Assembly: GCA_027343665.1 (NCBI GenBank)
Contig: DAHWKL010000002.1
Location: 45,386 to 109,385, forward strand
Length of the DNA: 64,000 bases
Source: an archaeon
Lineage (GTDB): Archaea; Nanobdellota; Nanobdellia; Pacearchaeales; GW2011-AR1
Direction of reading: 5' to 3'
Shown here in pieces: positions 1 through 9,185 of this stretch (the first letter of the stretch is position 1; each line of letters opens with the position of its first letter). Under the pieces are notes generated by a model. That model was not told the DNA's origin and did no database searches. It was given only the letters and a program-made list of their open reading frames with translations. A program made the translations under genes and the position numbers.

Positions 1-408
1 AAAGTTCTCAAGCATCTCTGCGTATTCTTTTAATTTCTCAAGATTGATATTTATTTCTTCCCCGCGGAAAATAACCTTAAGTGTAACATTTTTTCTGAAC
101 TCACCGATCCTTTCCGTATCAAGAGTCTCAAGTTTCCTGAGCATCATGAAAAAATCTATTGTATTTAAAGCATTTTTATCTTTTTTGAGAAGAACTTTAA
201 TATCATTTATCCTTCCTATTGCGTTGTCAGATACTTCTTTTATTTTACCTTTTTTCTTAGCGTCTCTTAGTATGTAAAGGATGCACATTTCTATCATCTT
301 CCTCCACCTTAGAAGTAGATTCATTATCACATCACATGTCTTTGTGTACTTCAAGCTCACATAAAGAAGATGATCCGCACTTATTTTTTCCTGAATAATT
401 TCTTCCAT
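1..408 (-). CDS. hypothetical protein, N-terminal 136 codons (continues beyond the left edge)
   Basis: Hand translation of the minus strand from ATG 408-406 stays open to position 1 (MEEIIQEKISADHLLYVSLKYTKTCDV...). It is absent from the ORF track because no stop lies in the window. The + ORF 44..277 is a low-complexity shadow of it. Confidence 0.5.
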   Translation of the reverse strand, partial: MEEIIQEKISADHLLYVSLKYTKTCDVIMNLLLRWRKMIEMCILYILRDAKKKGKIKEVSDNAIGRINDIKVLLKKDKNALNTIDFFMMLRKLETLDTERIGEFRKNVTLKVIFRGEEININLEKLKEYAEMLENF

Positions 409-458
409 TTTAAATCGAAAATTCTATCTAAAAAGCTTCAGACCTTTTTATAATTATC

Positions 459-791
459 TTAATTTGAAAGATCCAAGATTGCTTCAGCAAGATCTTTTGT
501 TCTCCCTAAAGTCTCCTCTGCTTCTTTCTTTGAACATCCGGTTTTTTCCATAACCGTTTTAATGTCCTCAGGAGAAATCTCGACCTCCTTTGATTTTTCC
601 CTGATTTCTCCAGAAATCTGAAAGCTGGTCTCACCTTGCATTTTTATCTCAACAACAGATGGATTTTCTATAATGATGACTGCACCGTCCTTTTTTTCAA
701 TTGTAACCTTGTCGGCATGAATCTCCTCCTGAGAGATGCCCATTTTCCTCATCATTCCCTGAACTTGTTTCGGGTTTATTCCGCCAAACAT
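459..791 (-). CDS. nac: nascent polypeptide-associated complex protein (archaeal NAC, NAC + UBA-like domains)
   Basis: ORF 459..812. The typical archaeal NAC N-terminus MFGGINPKQVQGMMRKMGI starts at internal ATG 791, directly after the upstream Sec61-beta stop (CCTTAAGATG). The C-terminal EEAEETLGRTKDLAEAILDL looks UBA-like. Confidence 0.85.
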   Translation of the reverse strand: MFGGINPKQVQGMMRKMGISQEEIHADKVTIEKKDGAVIIIENPSVVEIKMQGETSFQISGEIREKSKEVEISPEDIKTVMEKTGCSKKEAEETLGRTKDLAEAILDLSN

Positions 792-792
792 C

Positions 793-952
793 TTAAGGAA
801 AGATAAAGCCAAGAGCTATTCTGAACACAACGATCAGAACTATAAATGCAATAACATGCATTGGCTTTAACATAAATTTACTTCCGTATTCTTCTTTATA
901 ACTAACAAGCCCGCCAAAACCCGAAGGCAAGTTTATACCTGTATCTGCCATG
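793..952 (-). CDS. Sec61-beta/SecG-like translocon subunit, apparently interrupted by a 1-nt frame change (or a 41-aa version starting at TTG 918)
   Basis: Below the ORF-track size cutoff. ATG 952 gives MADTGINLPSGFGGLVSL*. The next frame reads ..AGLLVYKEEYGSKFMLKPMHVIAFIVLIVVFRIALGFIFP* (stop 795-793), which matches the Sec61-beta pattern AGLxxY..E..KP.HV plus a C-terminal TM anchor. Confidence 0.55.
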
Positions 953-974
953 GATGAATTGAACATTTCCGAGT

Positions 975-982
975 ATAAAAAG
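975..982 (-). promoter_or_regulatory. TATA-like box (TTTTTATA) ending 22 nt upstream of ATG 952
   Basis: Minus strand reads CTTTTTATA, then 22 nt, then ATG. This spacing fits a leaderless archaeal transcript. Confidence 0.35.
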
Positions 983-1069
983 GTTTTTGTATATTGTACA
1001 CCGAGGAGCAGCCCGGAAAAACAGCCCTTTTAAGACGCGATTAGGATGAAAAGCTGGGATAAGCTCGGG

Positions 1070-2044
1070 TCAATCGGGAGTCAAGGTTATCTTCGTGAAG
1101 TTAGAGAACTCGAAATATTCATAATGGCTGATGTCCTCACCAAAGAGTTCCTTCAATGCACCTATTTCATCGTGGAGTTCATACAGATTTTTCGTTATGA
1201 ATGAAAGTTCCAAGTCCGCCCCACCGATTGGGTTGACAACAAGGTAAATTTTCTTGTGGGACTTACAAAACTTGCAGATTTCATCTTTTCTTTTATTTGA
1301 AGAAAGATAAAGGTCGACACGATAACCGGTATAATTCAAAGGTTTAAGGTTTATATCTAACTTATAACCGCAGATTATCCCCTTATTCTCAAGCTCATTC
1401 ATCTTCCTTTTTGTTGTATTTAACGACTTTTTGATCTTGTTAGAAATTTCGACAAGAGAGGTCCTTGCATTTTTTGAGAGTATCTCGATTATCCTAAAGT
1501 CTGTTTCATCGAATCTGGACTTATCAGATGTCCCGTAAGTTCTTTCTATTGCCACTGGATTTCCATCCATGAAAAACCTCTTATTCAGGTTCGTGATTTT
1601 TCCATATAATGCCATTTCATAATCTTTAATGTTCTTCTTGAATCGAAGGTTGAATTTTTCCCAGACTGAATAAAGATCTTTCATTTTCTCCGCTCCGACA
1701 AAAAAGGCGTAGTCCCATTTTCCGTAAAGTTTCGCGACTGTCCACACCTCTTTGCTGTGATTCAGGAAATCAAGAATATCCTTCTCTTTCCCTGCATTTA
1801 TCTGCTTGAGTTTCACGTAAAACCTGTACGTGAAGAATCCCAGTTTCGAAGCGTCGATTATTGCATTGTAGCCTGCAATTATCCCTTCTGACTCAAGTTT
1901 TCCCATATGATAATCTATGAATTGCTTTGATTTCTTCAGCTTTTTCGAGAGGACTGAAAGCGGCGCCCTTGAATCCCTGTCAAGCTCGTAAAGTATTCTC
2001 TTGTCGAATTCGTTTATTTCCATCCCTTTTGCAAAATCATTCAT
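1070..2044 (-). CDS. tandem two-unit Lrp/AsnC-family protein
   Basis: Two HTH_AsnC-like units (FDKRILYELDRDSRAPLSVLSKKLKKSKQFIDYHMGKLESEGIIAGY and DFRIIEILSKNARTSLVEISNKIKKSLNTTKRKMNELENKGIICGY). Each is followed by an effector-type domain of about 90 aa. Confidence 0.75.
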   Translation of the reverse strand: MNDFAKGMEINEFDKRILYELDRDSRAPLSVLSKKLKKSKQFIDYHMGKLESEGIIAGYNAIIDASKLGFFTYRFYVKLKQINAGKEKDILDFLNHSKEVWTVAKLYGKWDYAFFVGAEKMKDLYSVWEKFNLRFKKNIKDYEMALYGKITNLNKRFFMDGNPVAIERTYGTSDKSRFDETDFRIIEILSKNARTSLVEISNKIKKSLNTTKRKMNELENKGIICGYKLDINLKPLNYTGYRVDLYLSSNKRKDEICKFCKSHKKIYLVVNPIGGADLELSFITKNLYELHDEIGALKELFGEDISHYEYFEFSNFTKITLTPD

Positions 2045-2062
2045 ATTTTTATATTTTTTGAT

Positions 2063-2075
2063 TTTTTGTCAAAAA
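2063..2075. promoter_or_regulatory. 13-nt palindrome TTTTTGTCAAAAA in the divergent promoter region of the Lrp-like gene
   Basis: Perfect odd-centred palindrome read directly. It lies 19 nt upstream of the Lrp-like start codon. AT-rich, so of weak significance. Confidence 0.2.
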
Positions 2076-2118
2076 TTAGATTGATTAGTTTTAATAATCT
2101 ATTGGTTATTACTTTATC

Positions 2119-3255
2119 ATGGAAATAACACTAAGTAAGGAATTTTACAATTCTAAAATTGATTTCAGAAGAAAGATAGAATTATGTAGAGATTATTTCA
2201 GCAATGCGGATGTATTCGAGATAGAGAAATCATTCTCTAAAAAAGGCCTAATAAGTCTGATTAAAAATGAAAAAGACCTATCCAAGAAAATTTCGGAGAT
2301 TTCGCAAGCTCTGTCTGAAAACAGTTTATTCTACGAACCACAACGAAAGATTATCTCAGAGGAACTTGGAAGGCTAGCGAAATCTTACTTGCGCATGCAG
2401 GAAAGCAGTCTCGATAAGGTTAGAATCATTTCAGAAAGTCTCCTGGAAAAGACAAATGAAGAAGAAATAAATCATTTGATAAGTAGGTTTAGTCCAAAAG
2501 ATTCATGGAGACTTGAATCAGGTATAAGAATTTTTTCAAAACCATTCATTGAAGATGTAAAAATATGGATACCTTATTCTTACTTGACAGATGAAAGGGG
2601 GGCATACTCCGGAAGGACTATTCAAGATGAGGAATTCCTGCTCTTAGAAAAAGACTACAACGATGAGAGGATAGAATCAAAACTGGAAGAGAAACTCGGA
2701 GATTTTTCTCCTTCAGAGATAGTCATGGGCATATGTAAGTCTTCTTTATTCCCGTTGAAAAATGGATCATTGAGTTTGAACTTGGCAAAATATTTCAAAT
2801 GGAACAACAAATTCCTTGGCCTGCTACAGGAGAAATTCGGAAAGGAGTATTTCAATTTAATTTATATAAGTGATATCGGATATGAAGAAAAAAATTGTAA
2901 GACAAAGAATTTAACCTTTCTTCTAGACTATTGGGAAAAGGAACTTGCTCCTTTTGACAAAAGATTGTTTCAGAGTTTCTATGAAAATTCCGTAAGGGAT
3001 GAGCTTACTGAGATCTCCCATATTGATGACTTCAGTGAAAAAACTCTAAAAAAAGCCGTATCTTTTATGGAAAATGAACTTGGCAAAAGAAGGAACTTGA
3101 TAACTGGCAAAAATACAGATAACGGAATCATTGCATCCTACAAAGAAAATTTGGAAGAATCAAAAAAAGGAATCTCAAAATGGAGAGGAGAACTAGCAGA
3201 CCAGATTAAAGCATTCTACAAGAATTTGAGGAGAAAAGATTTCCCAAAAGAATAG
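2119..3255 (+). CDS. hypothetical protein (378 aa, no motif recognised)
   Basis: Long non-repetitive ORF in an otherwise unoccupied interval, just upstream of valS. Confidence 0.6.
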   Translation: MEITLSKEFYNSKIDFRRKIELCRDYFSNADVFEIEKSFSKKGLISLIKNEKDLSKKISEISQALSENSLFYEPQRKIISEELGRLAKSYLRMQESSLDKVRIISESLLEKTNEEEINHLISRFSPKDSWRLESGIRIFSKPFIEDVKIWIPYSYLTDERGAYSGRTIQDEEFLLLEKDYNDERIESKLEEKLGDFSPSEIVMGICKSSLFPLKNGSLSLNLAKYFKWNNKFLGLLQEKFGKEYFNLIYISDIGYEEKNCKTKNLTFLLDYWEKELAPFDKRLFQSFYENSVRDELTEISHIDDFSEKTLKKAVSFMENELGKRRNLITGKNTDNGIIASYKENLEESKKGISKWRGELADQIKAFYKNLRRKDFPKE

Positions 3256-3289
3256 CATATTTTTTAAATTCCGCTACTTTTCTTTCTGA

Positions 3290-5623
3290 ATGGCCGAACA
3301 AACTGAAGAAATTGAAAGGAAATGGCAGGAGTTCTGGGAAAATGAGCATATTTATAAGTCTAAAGATATGGAATCTAAGGAGATTTTTTCTGTCGATACT
3401 CCGCCACCAACAGTTTCAGGCAAGATGCATATAGGACATGCATTCAGTTACTCACAACAAGATTTTATAATAAGATTCAAAAGGATGAAGGAAGGAAATG
3501 TTTTCTACCCATTTGGAACAGATGATAATGGTCTCCCGACTGAAAGACTTGTTGAAAGGATAAACAACGTTAAAAGTGTCATGATGAGCCGTGCGGATTT
3601 TATAAGATTATGTCTCGAAACTCTCAAGAAGGAAAAACCTGGATTCGTAGAGGGATGGAAGCGTCTTGGAATCTCATGTGATTTCGAAAAGACTTATTCT
3701 ACAATCGACCCGAACTCACAGAAAATTTCACAAAGATCATTTATAGATTTATACAAGAAAGGTCACATTTACAAAAAAGACTTACCGACCATATGGTGCC
3801 CAGAATGCCAGACATCCATTGCACAGGCAGAACTTGAAGATAAGGAAATGCCAAGCAAGTTCTCAACATTAAAGTTTAAGGTTGAAGGTAAAGATTTCTT
3901 AATCTCAACAACAAGGCCTGAGCTGCTTTATGCATGCGTTGCGGTCTTCGTTAATCCAAAAGATAAAAGATACAAGTCTTTTGTCGGAAAAAAAGCATCT
4001 GTCCCGCTCTTTGACTTTGAAGTCCCGATAATAGCGGATGAATCTGCCCAAATTGACAAAGGGACAGGGGCACTTATGATATGTTCATACGGTGATCGTT
4101 TTGACGTTGATGCGATAAACCGTTACAAATTAAAGCCAAGAGTCGTGATCACAAAAGACGGAAAAATTAATGCCCCAGGGTATGAAGGACTCAGAATAAA
4201 AGAAGCAAGGAAAAAAATACTAGAAGACTTAAAGAACAAAATCTTGATAGAAGATCAAAAAGAGATAACACACGCTGTAAATGTCCATGACAAGTGTGGC
4301 ACTGAGATAGAATTTGTGGATACCTCACAATGGTTCATAAGAATACTGGATAAGAAAGATAAATTTCTCGGACAGGCCGAAAAGATTGTGTGGCATCCAA
4401 AATTTATGAAAAAAAGATATGACAATTGGGTTAACGGACTCGAATGGGATTGGTCAATTTCAAGGAACAGGCACTTTGGAATTCCTATTCCCGTATGGGA
4501 ATGCACGGGATGTAAAAAAATAATTCTTCCTGAAGAGAAAGAACTTCCGGTTGATCCTCTTGAAACAAAGAAAAAATGTCCGAAATGCGGAAAGACAGCA
4601 GAACCCGAGAAAATGGTGTTAGACACTTGGGCAACCTCATCTGTAACACCCGAGATTGCAAGCAGTCTTTTTGGTAATAAGGTCAAAATACCCTTCTCAC
4701 TTCGCCCTCAAGCACATGATATCATAAGGACATGGGCTTTTTACACTATTGCAAAAGCTTACTTGCACGAAGGAAAAATCCCCTGGAAAGAGATAATTAT
4801 ATCCGGTAATGTGTCTCTCGGGGGAGAAAAGATGTCAAAATCAAAAGGTAACATAATCGATCCTAAAGAAGTTATTGAAAGGTATAGCGCTGATGCCTTA
4901 AGATTCTGGGCTGCAGGCTCGAGTTTGGGTCAGGACTTGGATTATCAAGAAAAAGATCTTGTGACTGGAAAAAAATTCATAAATAAACTTACAAATGCAT
5001 CCAGATTTGTATTTATGAATCTCAAAGATTATGATGGAAAGAAAAAACCAAAAAAACTCGAAAAAATTGATGAATTATTCCTTGCAAAAATTGATCTTTT
5101 GGTGAGGAGCGTGACAAAAGAATTTGAAAGATATAATTACTCGGGAGCAAGAAGCTATATTGAAAAGTTTTTTTGGGAAGCCTTCACAGGGAACTATCTT
5201 GAAATTGTAAAAAAAAGGGTATATCAGGGCGAGGGCGATAAAAAAATATCCGCACAACACACACTTTACAAATCATTATTAACAATCTTGAAACTACTCG
5301 CTCCAATAATGCCCTTTATCACTGAAGAAATTTATCAGGAAAATTTCAGAAAATACGAAAAAAATAAATCGATACACCTTGAAAAATGGCCAGAATTTAA
5401 CCCTAAAATGAAAGCAACGGAAGAACTCGACAAATTTTTCTACCAACTCTCAAGGATAAGGCAGGAAAAAACAAACAAAAAAAGATCAATGAACTCAGAG
5501 ATTATGCTTACATTAGAAGAAGAAGTACACAAAGATTTAGATGAGATGCTTGAAGATCTGAAAAATGTTACAAACTCACGCGGAATCAAGCCCGGAGAAG
5601 AGTTTAGGGTTGAATTCTTCTGA
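3290..5623 (+). CDS. valS: valine--tRNA ligase
   Basis: Class I motifs SGKMHIGHAFSY (HIGH) and EKMSKSKGN (KMSKS). FGTDDNGLPTE and the overall size (777 aa) fit the archaeal ValRS type. Confidence 0.85.
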   Translation: MAEQTEEIERKWQEFWENEHIYKSKDMESKEIFSVDTPPPTVSGKMHIGHAFSYSQQDFIIRFKRMKEGNVFYPFGTDDNGLPTERLVERINNVKSVMMSRADFIRLCLETLKKEKPGFVEGWKRLGISCDFEKTYSTIDPNSQKISQRSFIDLYKKGHIYKKDLPTIWCPECQTSIAQAELEDKEMPSKFSTLKFKVEGKDFLISTTRPELLYACVAVFVNPKDKRYKSFVGKKASVPLFDFEVPIIADESAQIDKGTGALMICSYGDRFDVDAINRYKLKPRVVITKDGKINAPGYEGLRIKEARKKILEDLKNKILIEDQKEITHAVNVHDKCGTEIEFVDTSQWFIRILDKKDKFLGQAEKIVWHPKFMKKRYDNWVNGLEWDWSISRNRHFGIPIPVWECTGCKKIILPEEKELPVDPLETKKKCPKCGKTAEPEKMVLDTWATSSVTPEIASSLFGNKVKIPFSLRPQAHDIIRTWAFYTIAKAYLHEGKIPWKEIIISGNVSLGGEKMSKSKGNIIDPKEVIERYSADALRFWAAGSSLGQDLDYQEKDLVTGKKFINKLTNASRFVFMNLKDYDGKKKPKKLEKIDELFLAKIDLLVRSVTKEFERYNYSGARSYIEKFFWEAFTGNYLEIVKKRVYQGEGDKKISAQHTLYKSLLTILKLLAPIMPFITEEIYQENFRKYEKNKSIHLEKWPEFNPKMKATEELDKFFYQLSRIRQEKTNKKRSMNSEIMLTLEEEVHKDLDEMLEDLKNVTNSRGIKPGEEFRVEFF

Positions 5624-5660
5624 CCCCAAAATTTAAAACACCATTTTTTCTTATTCCGAT

Positions 5661-6755
5661 ATGGTCCTTCAACAGATGACAAAACAAGAACTTCAGGAAT
5701 TTATCGAATTTATGAAGATGCATCGCGGCAGAGCAACAGAACTTATTTCTGTTTATATTCCGTCGGGTTATGATGTGAATGCTGTGCAGCGGCAGCTTGA
5801 AGCAGAAAAATCAACTGCTAAAAATATCAAGTCGACCTCAACCAGAAAAAATGTCTCTGACTCTCTTGATAAAATCGTGAGAATCTTAAAAGATTATAAG
5901 ATGACCCCCGAAAGAGGAATGGCTGTTTTCGCGGGAGACATAAGCTCTGTCGAAGGGCAACCGGATATACAGAGTTGGGAGATTGAACCGCCTGAAGAAG
6001 TTCGTGTCCGCCTTTACAGATGCGATAAGGAATTTGTGCTGGAACCCCTCCAGGAGATGACGGAAGCTTCAGAGATATATGCCCTTCTCGTAATGGACAG
6101 AAAAGAAGCTACAATCGGGCGCCTTGTCGGAAAAAGAATTGAAACTCTTCAGAAAATGACTTCTGGAGTCCCATCAAAAGTTAGGGCAGGTGGACAAAGT
6201 TCACAGAGGTTTCACAGGATAACAGAAGGTTTAACAAAAGAATTCTACAAAAGAATAGCAGATGAGATGAAAAGCCTTTTTTATGAAGAGCCAAAACTCT
6301 CCGGAATACTAATAGGCGGACCAATACCGACAAAAAACGAATTTGTAGAAGGGGAATACCTTCCAACAAAACTACAGCAGAAAGTAATAGGGATTAAAGA
6401 CCAGGGTGACACTTCTGAATCTGGACTTCAGGAGCTTGTAAACCTAAGCACTGACACTCTTGCTAATCAGGAGATAATACGCGAAAAAAAGATACTTGAA
6501 AGATTCTTCAATAGTTTAGGAAAAGATCCCAAAATGACTCCTTACAAGTATGAAGATGTTGAAAAAGCTTTGAAATACGGCGCAGTTGATGTCCTGATTT
6601 TGTCAAAAGATTTTGATAGGGAAAAGGGAAATATCTTGAAGTCCGTCGCTGAACAAATGGGAACGGCAATTGAGATTGTCTCAAAAGAGACTGATGAAGG
6701 GAAACAATTCTTTAATATAGGTGGCGTCGGCGCAATACAAAGATTTGGAATCTGA
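5661..6755 (+). CDS. prf1: peptide chain release factor aRF1
   Basis: NIKS motif (TAKNIKSTSTRKN) and GGQ motif (RAGGQSSQRF). Confidence 0.9.
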   Translation: MVLQQMTKQELQEFIEFMKMHRGRATELISVYIPSGYDVNAVQRQLEAEKSTAKNIKSTSTRKNVSDSLDKIVRILKDYKMTPERGMAVFAGDISSVEGQPDIQSWEIEPPEEVRVRLYRCDKEFVLEPLQEMTEASEIYALLVMDRKEATIGRLVGKRIETLQKMTSGVPSKVRAGGQSSQRFHRITEGLTKEFYKRIADEMKSLFYEEPKLSGILIGGPIPTKNEFVEGEYLPTKLQQKVIGIKDQGDTSESGLQELVNLSTDTLANQEIIREKKILERFFNSLGKDPKMTPYKYEDVEKALKYGAVDVLILSKDFDREKGNILKSVAEQMGTAIEIVSKETDEGKQFFNIGGVGAIQRFGI

Positions 6756-6771
6756 AATTCAACAAAATAAA

Positions 6772-8163
6772 TCACTTGCATTCCCAAACCCCAACAAAAT
6801 TATTTCCGGACAGGTCATTCTCAATAAAATAAGTTTTTACAAGAGTGCAATTTTTTTGCATATAACTCAGGGGGGTTGAATCATCAAATCCTGTAAGTGT
6901 CCCGTCCGAAAGTACATTCCCCTTCTCAATAATAAATTTCACTCCTGCAATTTTGTCTTCTATACTGCTTATATTAAAAGTATTGGTCATTATATTTTTT
7001 GGATTTGTATCAGCAATATTAGCTGCAAGATGTCTTCCCGATAGCAAAGAGATGAGGGGCGCCACCTGAAAATTCCCATATATTGTTTCATTGGGGGAAG
7101 AATTTATTTTTACAAAGTTCACAAGATCGTTCGTGAAGGGCATATTCGAAGCTGTTGCATAACTGGAAAGATAAATTGAAGAGTTTATCACAACTAATAA
7201 GACCACCAGCACAATTAAAATTTTCCTAAAATTCTGAAATCCATCAAACTCAAAAATAAACTTGGCAGTAAACATAGCAAGAAAAGCGATTATAAGGCCA
7301 AAATAAAGATAATAAATGTCAGAGTAAAAGATGTAAAGGAGCAATGAAAATGCTGTAGCCAATATCGGAAGGATCATTTTTCTCTTTTCCTTGTCAAACA
7401 TAAAATATACCAAACTACCAAATACAAGCATGATATCACCAATTATAAAAAAGCTCACAACATTCCACTTTGAAAGGCCTATTCCCGAGATCAGGTGAAG
7501 TCTGAAAAAGAATATTTGTGAAAGATAAGCACCACGGGAGATAATCTCAAAGATCAAACTTATAGGCAGGAACAAAACAAGCACTCCTGCGATGAATCTC
7601 CATATTTCTTTTCTTCTATAAATGAAATAATAAAGAACTGTACCAGCAATCGGAAGAGGCGCATAAAGTCGTGTCAAAAGGGCAAGACTTCCAAAAATTC
7701 CAGCCATGAATGGTTTATCACCTTCTGCAAAGTAAACCATCCCAAGAATGAAAAAAACAGTTATACTTATCCCAGTAGAATAATCTGTTGTCAAAAGCAC
7801 CAGAAGGCTGAAAAGAAACAATGCAGAGGCTAAGAGCCCATATGAACCGTTGAATTTTTTTCTCATATAAGAATAGATAAAAAAAGAACTTCCGACAGCA
7901 GAAATTATCGGGATCAACTTCAAAAAGAGAAAATTTCCTCCTGTGAAAAGTTCACCAAAAGCCATAAGATATATCTGCAAAGGTGGGCTTGCAAAAAAGA
8001 AATCCTTGTATGGGACAAGTCCATCAAGGATCATTCTTCCCATGTACATATATGTAAAACCATCACTGAATTTAAATCTGAGCTCTAAGATTTTCAAGAT
8101 TAGAAATACTAAAGCGACTGATAAAAAACAAAGAAAGCTTTTATCCTTGATAAGTCTCATCAA
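6772..8163 (-). CDS. GT-C fold membrane glycosyltransferase (GT39/ArnT/PMT_2-like)
   Basis: Polytopic membrane protein with the N-terminal loop DGFTYMYMGRMILDGLVPYKDFFFASPPLQIYL typical of the family, plus a soluble C-terminal domain. Confidence 0.6.
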   Translation of the reverse strand: MMRLIKDKSFLCFLSVALVFLILKILELRFKFSDGFTYMYMGRMILDGLVPYKDFFFASPPLQIYLMAFGELFTGGNFLFLKLIPIISAVGSSFFIYSYMRKKFNGSYGLLASALFLFSLLVLLTTDYSTGISITVFFILGMVYFAEGDKPFMAGIFGSLALLTRLYAPLPIAGTVLYYFIYRRKEIWRFIAGVLVLFLPISLIFEIISRGAYLSQIFFFRLHLISGIGLSKWNVVSFFIIGDIMLVFGSLVYFMFDKEKRKMILPILATAFSLLLYIFYSDIYYLYFGLIIAFLAMFTAKFIFEFDGFQNFRKILIVLVVLLVVINSSIYLSSYATASNMPFTNDLVNFVKINSSPNETIYGNFQVAPLISLLSGRHLAANIADTNPKNIMTNTFNISSIEDKIAGVKFIIEKGNVLSDGTLTGFDDSTPLSYMQKNCTLVKTYFIENDLSGNNFVGVWECK

Positions 8164-8210
8164 TTACCAAGATTAAGGTAATTTAATAAATATGCTTTTT
8201 TCATATATTA

Positions 8211-8612
8211 ATGAATAAAAGAGGATTTTTGGGGCAGGTTACAAGATATGCAATAGTCAGTTTCTCCGGACTTATAATCAATTTATTTTTCCTTTCATTT
8301 TTCACTTCAATAGTGCATATATATTACTTAATCTCAGAGATTTTTGCATTCTTTGTCGCGACTTTGAATAATTTTGTTATAAACAAAATATGGACTTTCA
8401 AAGAAAAGCTCAATGACGGCTTTGGAAGGAAATGGGCAAAGTTTTTCATAATTGCGGGAGCTGCACTGATCGTGAACTTATTTTTTCTTTGGTTTTTCAC
8501 TTCTGTTCTGGGGATATATTATCTTGCTTCCCAGATATTAGCAAGCATTTTCACATTCATCACAAATTTCTCCGGAAATAAATTCTGGACTTTTGGAAAA
8601 AAACATTTATAA
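8211..8612 (+). CDS. GtrA-family membrane protein
   Basis: 133 aa with four TM segments and an internal repeat. NNFVINKIWTFK and SGNKFWTFG are GtrA-like signatures. Confidence 0.7.
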   Translation: MNKRGFLGQVTRYAIVSFSGLIINLFFLSFFTSIVHIYYLISEIFAFFVATLNNFVINKIWTFKEKLNDGFGRKWAKFFIIAGAALIVNLFFLWFFTSVLGIYYLASQILASIFTFITNFSGNKFWTFGKKHL

Positions 8613-9113
8613 TTCAAGGGTCTTCACGATTTTTTCGGCCAATTTAGGTGTCCCGCGATAAATATGGTTTGCAACATCCTTTATTCTTTTTATGTACTCA
8701 GGTCTTTTCATCCTCTCCGATTTTGAGAGTTTCCACAGATGGGGATACTTCTCTTCTATATCAGGAATGCCTGTGTTCTTTCCATATGCCAGCCTATTGA
8801 AGAGTACGGAATTTTTTCCATATCTTTCCATAAGAATTTTTTTGTGATTTGTTCCCATGGAGACAACAAGGTCGCTTTTATTTAGGAGTAAAAGACTAAT
8901 CTTTTTAGGCTTATGTTTGAATGAAATCCCCCTCTTTTTGATTTCAGCGCGAACGATTTTGTTGGCATTTTCCGTTGGGGTTTCGGTCCCCGCAGAGTCT
9001 ACTTTTATTCCGTTTATCTTACTTTTTTTAAGATAACTTTCAAGAAATTGCTTTGCAATTAAACTCCTAAAAACATTTCCGCTGCAGACGAACAAAACTC
9101 TTTTCACATACAT
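8607..9113 (-). CDS. low-molecular-weight phosphotyrosine phosphatase / ArsC-like
   Basis: N-terminal CX5R(S) P-loop: VLFVCSGNVFRS. Confidence 0.75.
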   Translation of the reverse strand: MYVKRVLFVCSGNVFRSLIAKQFLESYLKKSKINGIKVDSAGTETPTENANKIVRAEIKKRGISFKHKPKKISLLLLNKSDLVVSMGTNHKKILMERYGKNSVLFNRLAYGKNTGIPDIEEKYPHLWKLSKSERMKRPEYIKRIKDVANHIYRGTPKLAEKIVKTLEL

Positions 9114-9185
9114 AAAAACAATTTAAGTTTTATTAAGGTTTCCAAACTACTCAAATTTTAAAAACTTCTCTTGTATCTTTAATAT

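Noticed and set aside
44-277. + strand ORF of 77 aa
   Set aside because: Low-complexity S/F/L-rich translation lying antisense to a better minus-strand ORF (1..408).
792-812. Upstream start (812) for the NAC gene, as in the ORF track
   Set aside because: It would overlap the Sec61-beta stop and add MALSFLK before the canonical MFGGINP N-terminus. ATG 791 directly follows the upstream stop.
917-923. GGGTTTT, a formally perfect X XXY YYZ -1 slippery heptamer, at the Sec61-beta frame change
   Set aside because: Joining the two halves needs a +1 (or -2) shift. A -1 shift here runs into TAG after four codons.
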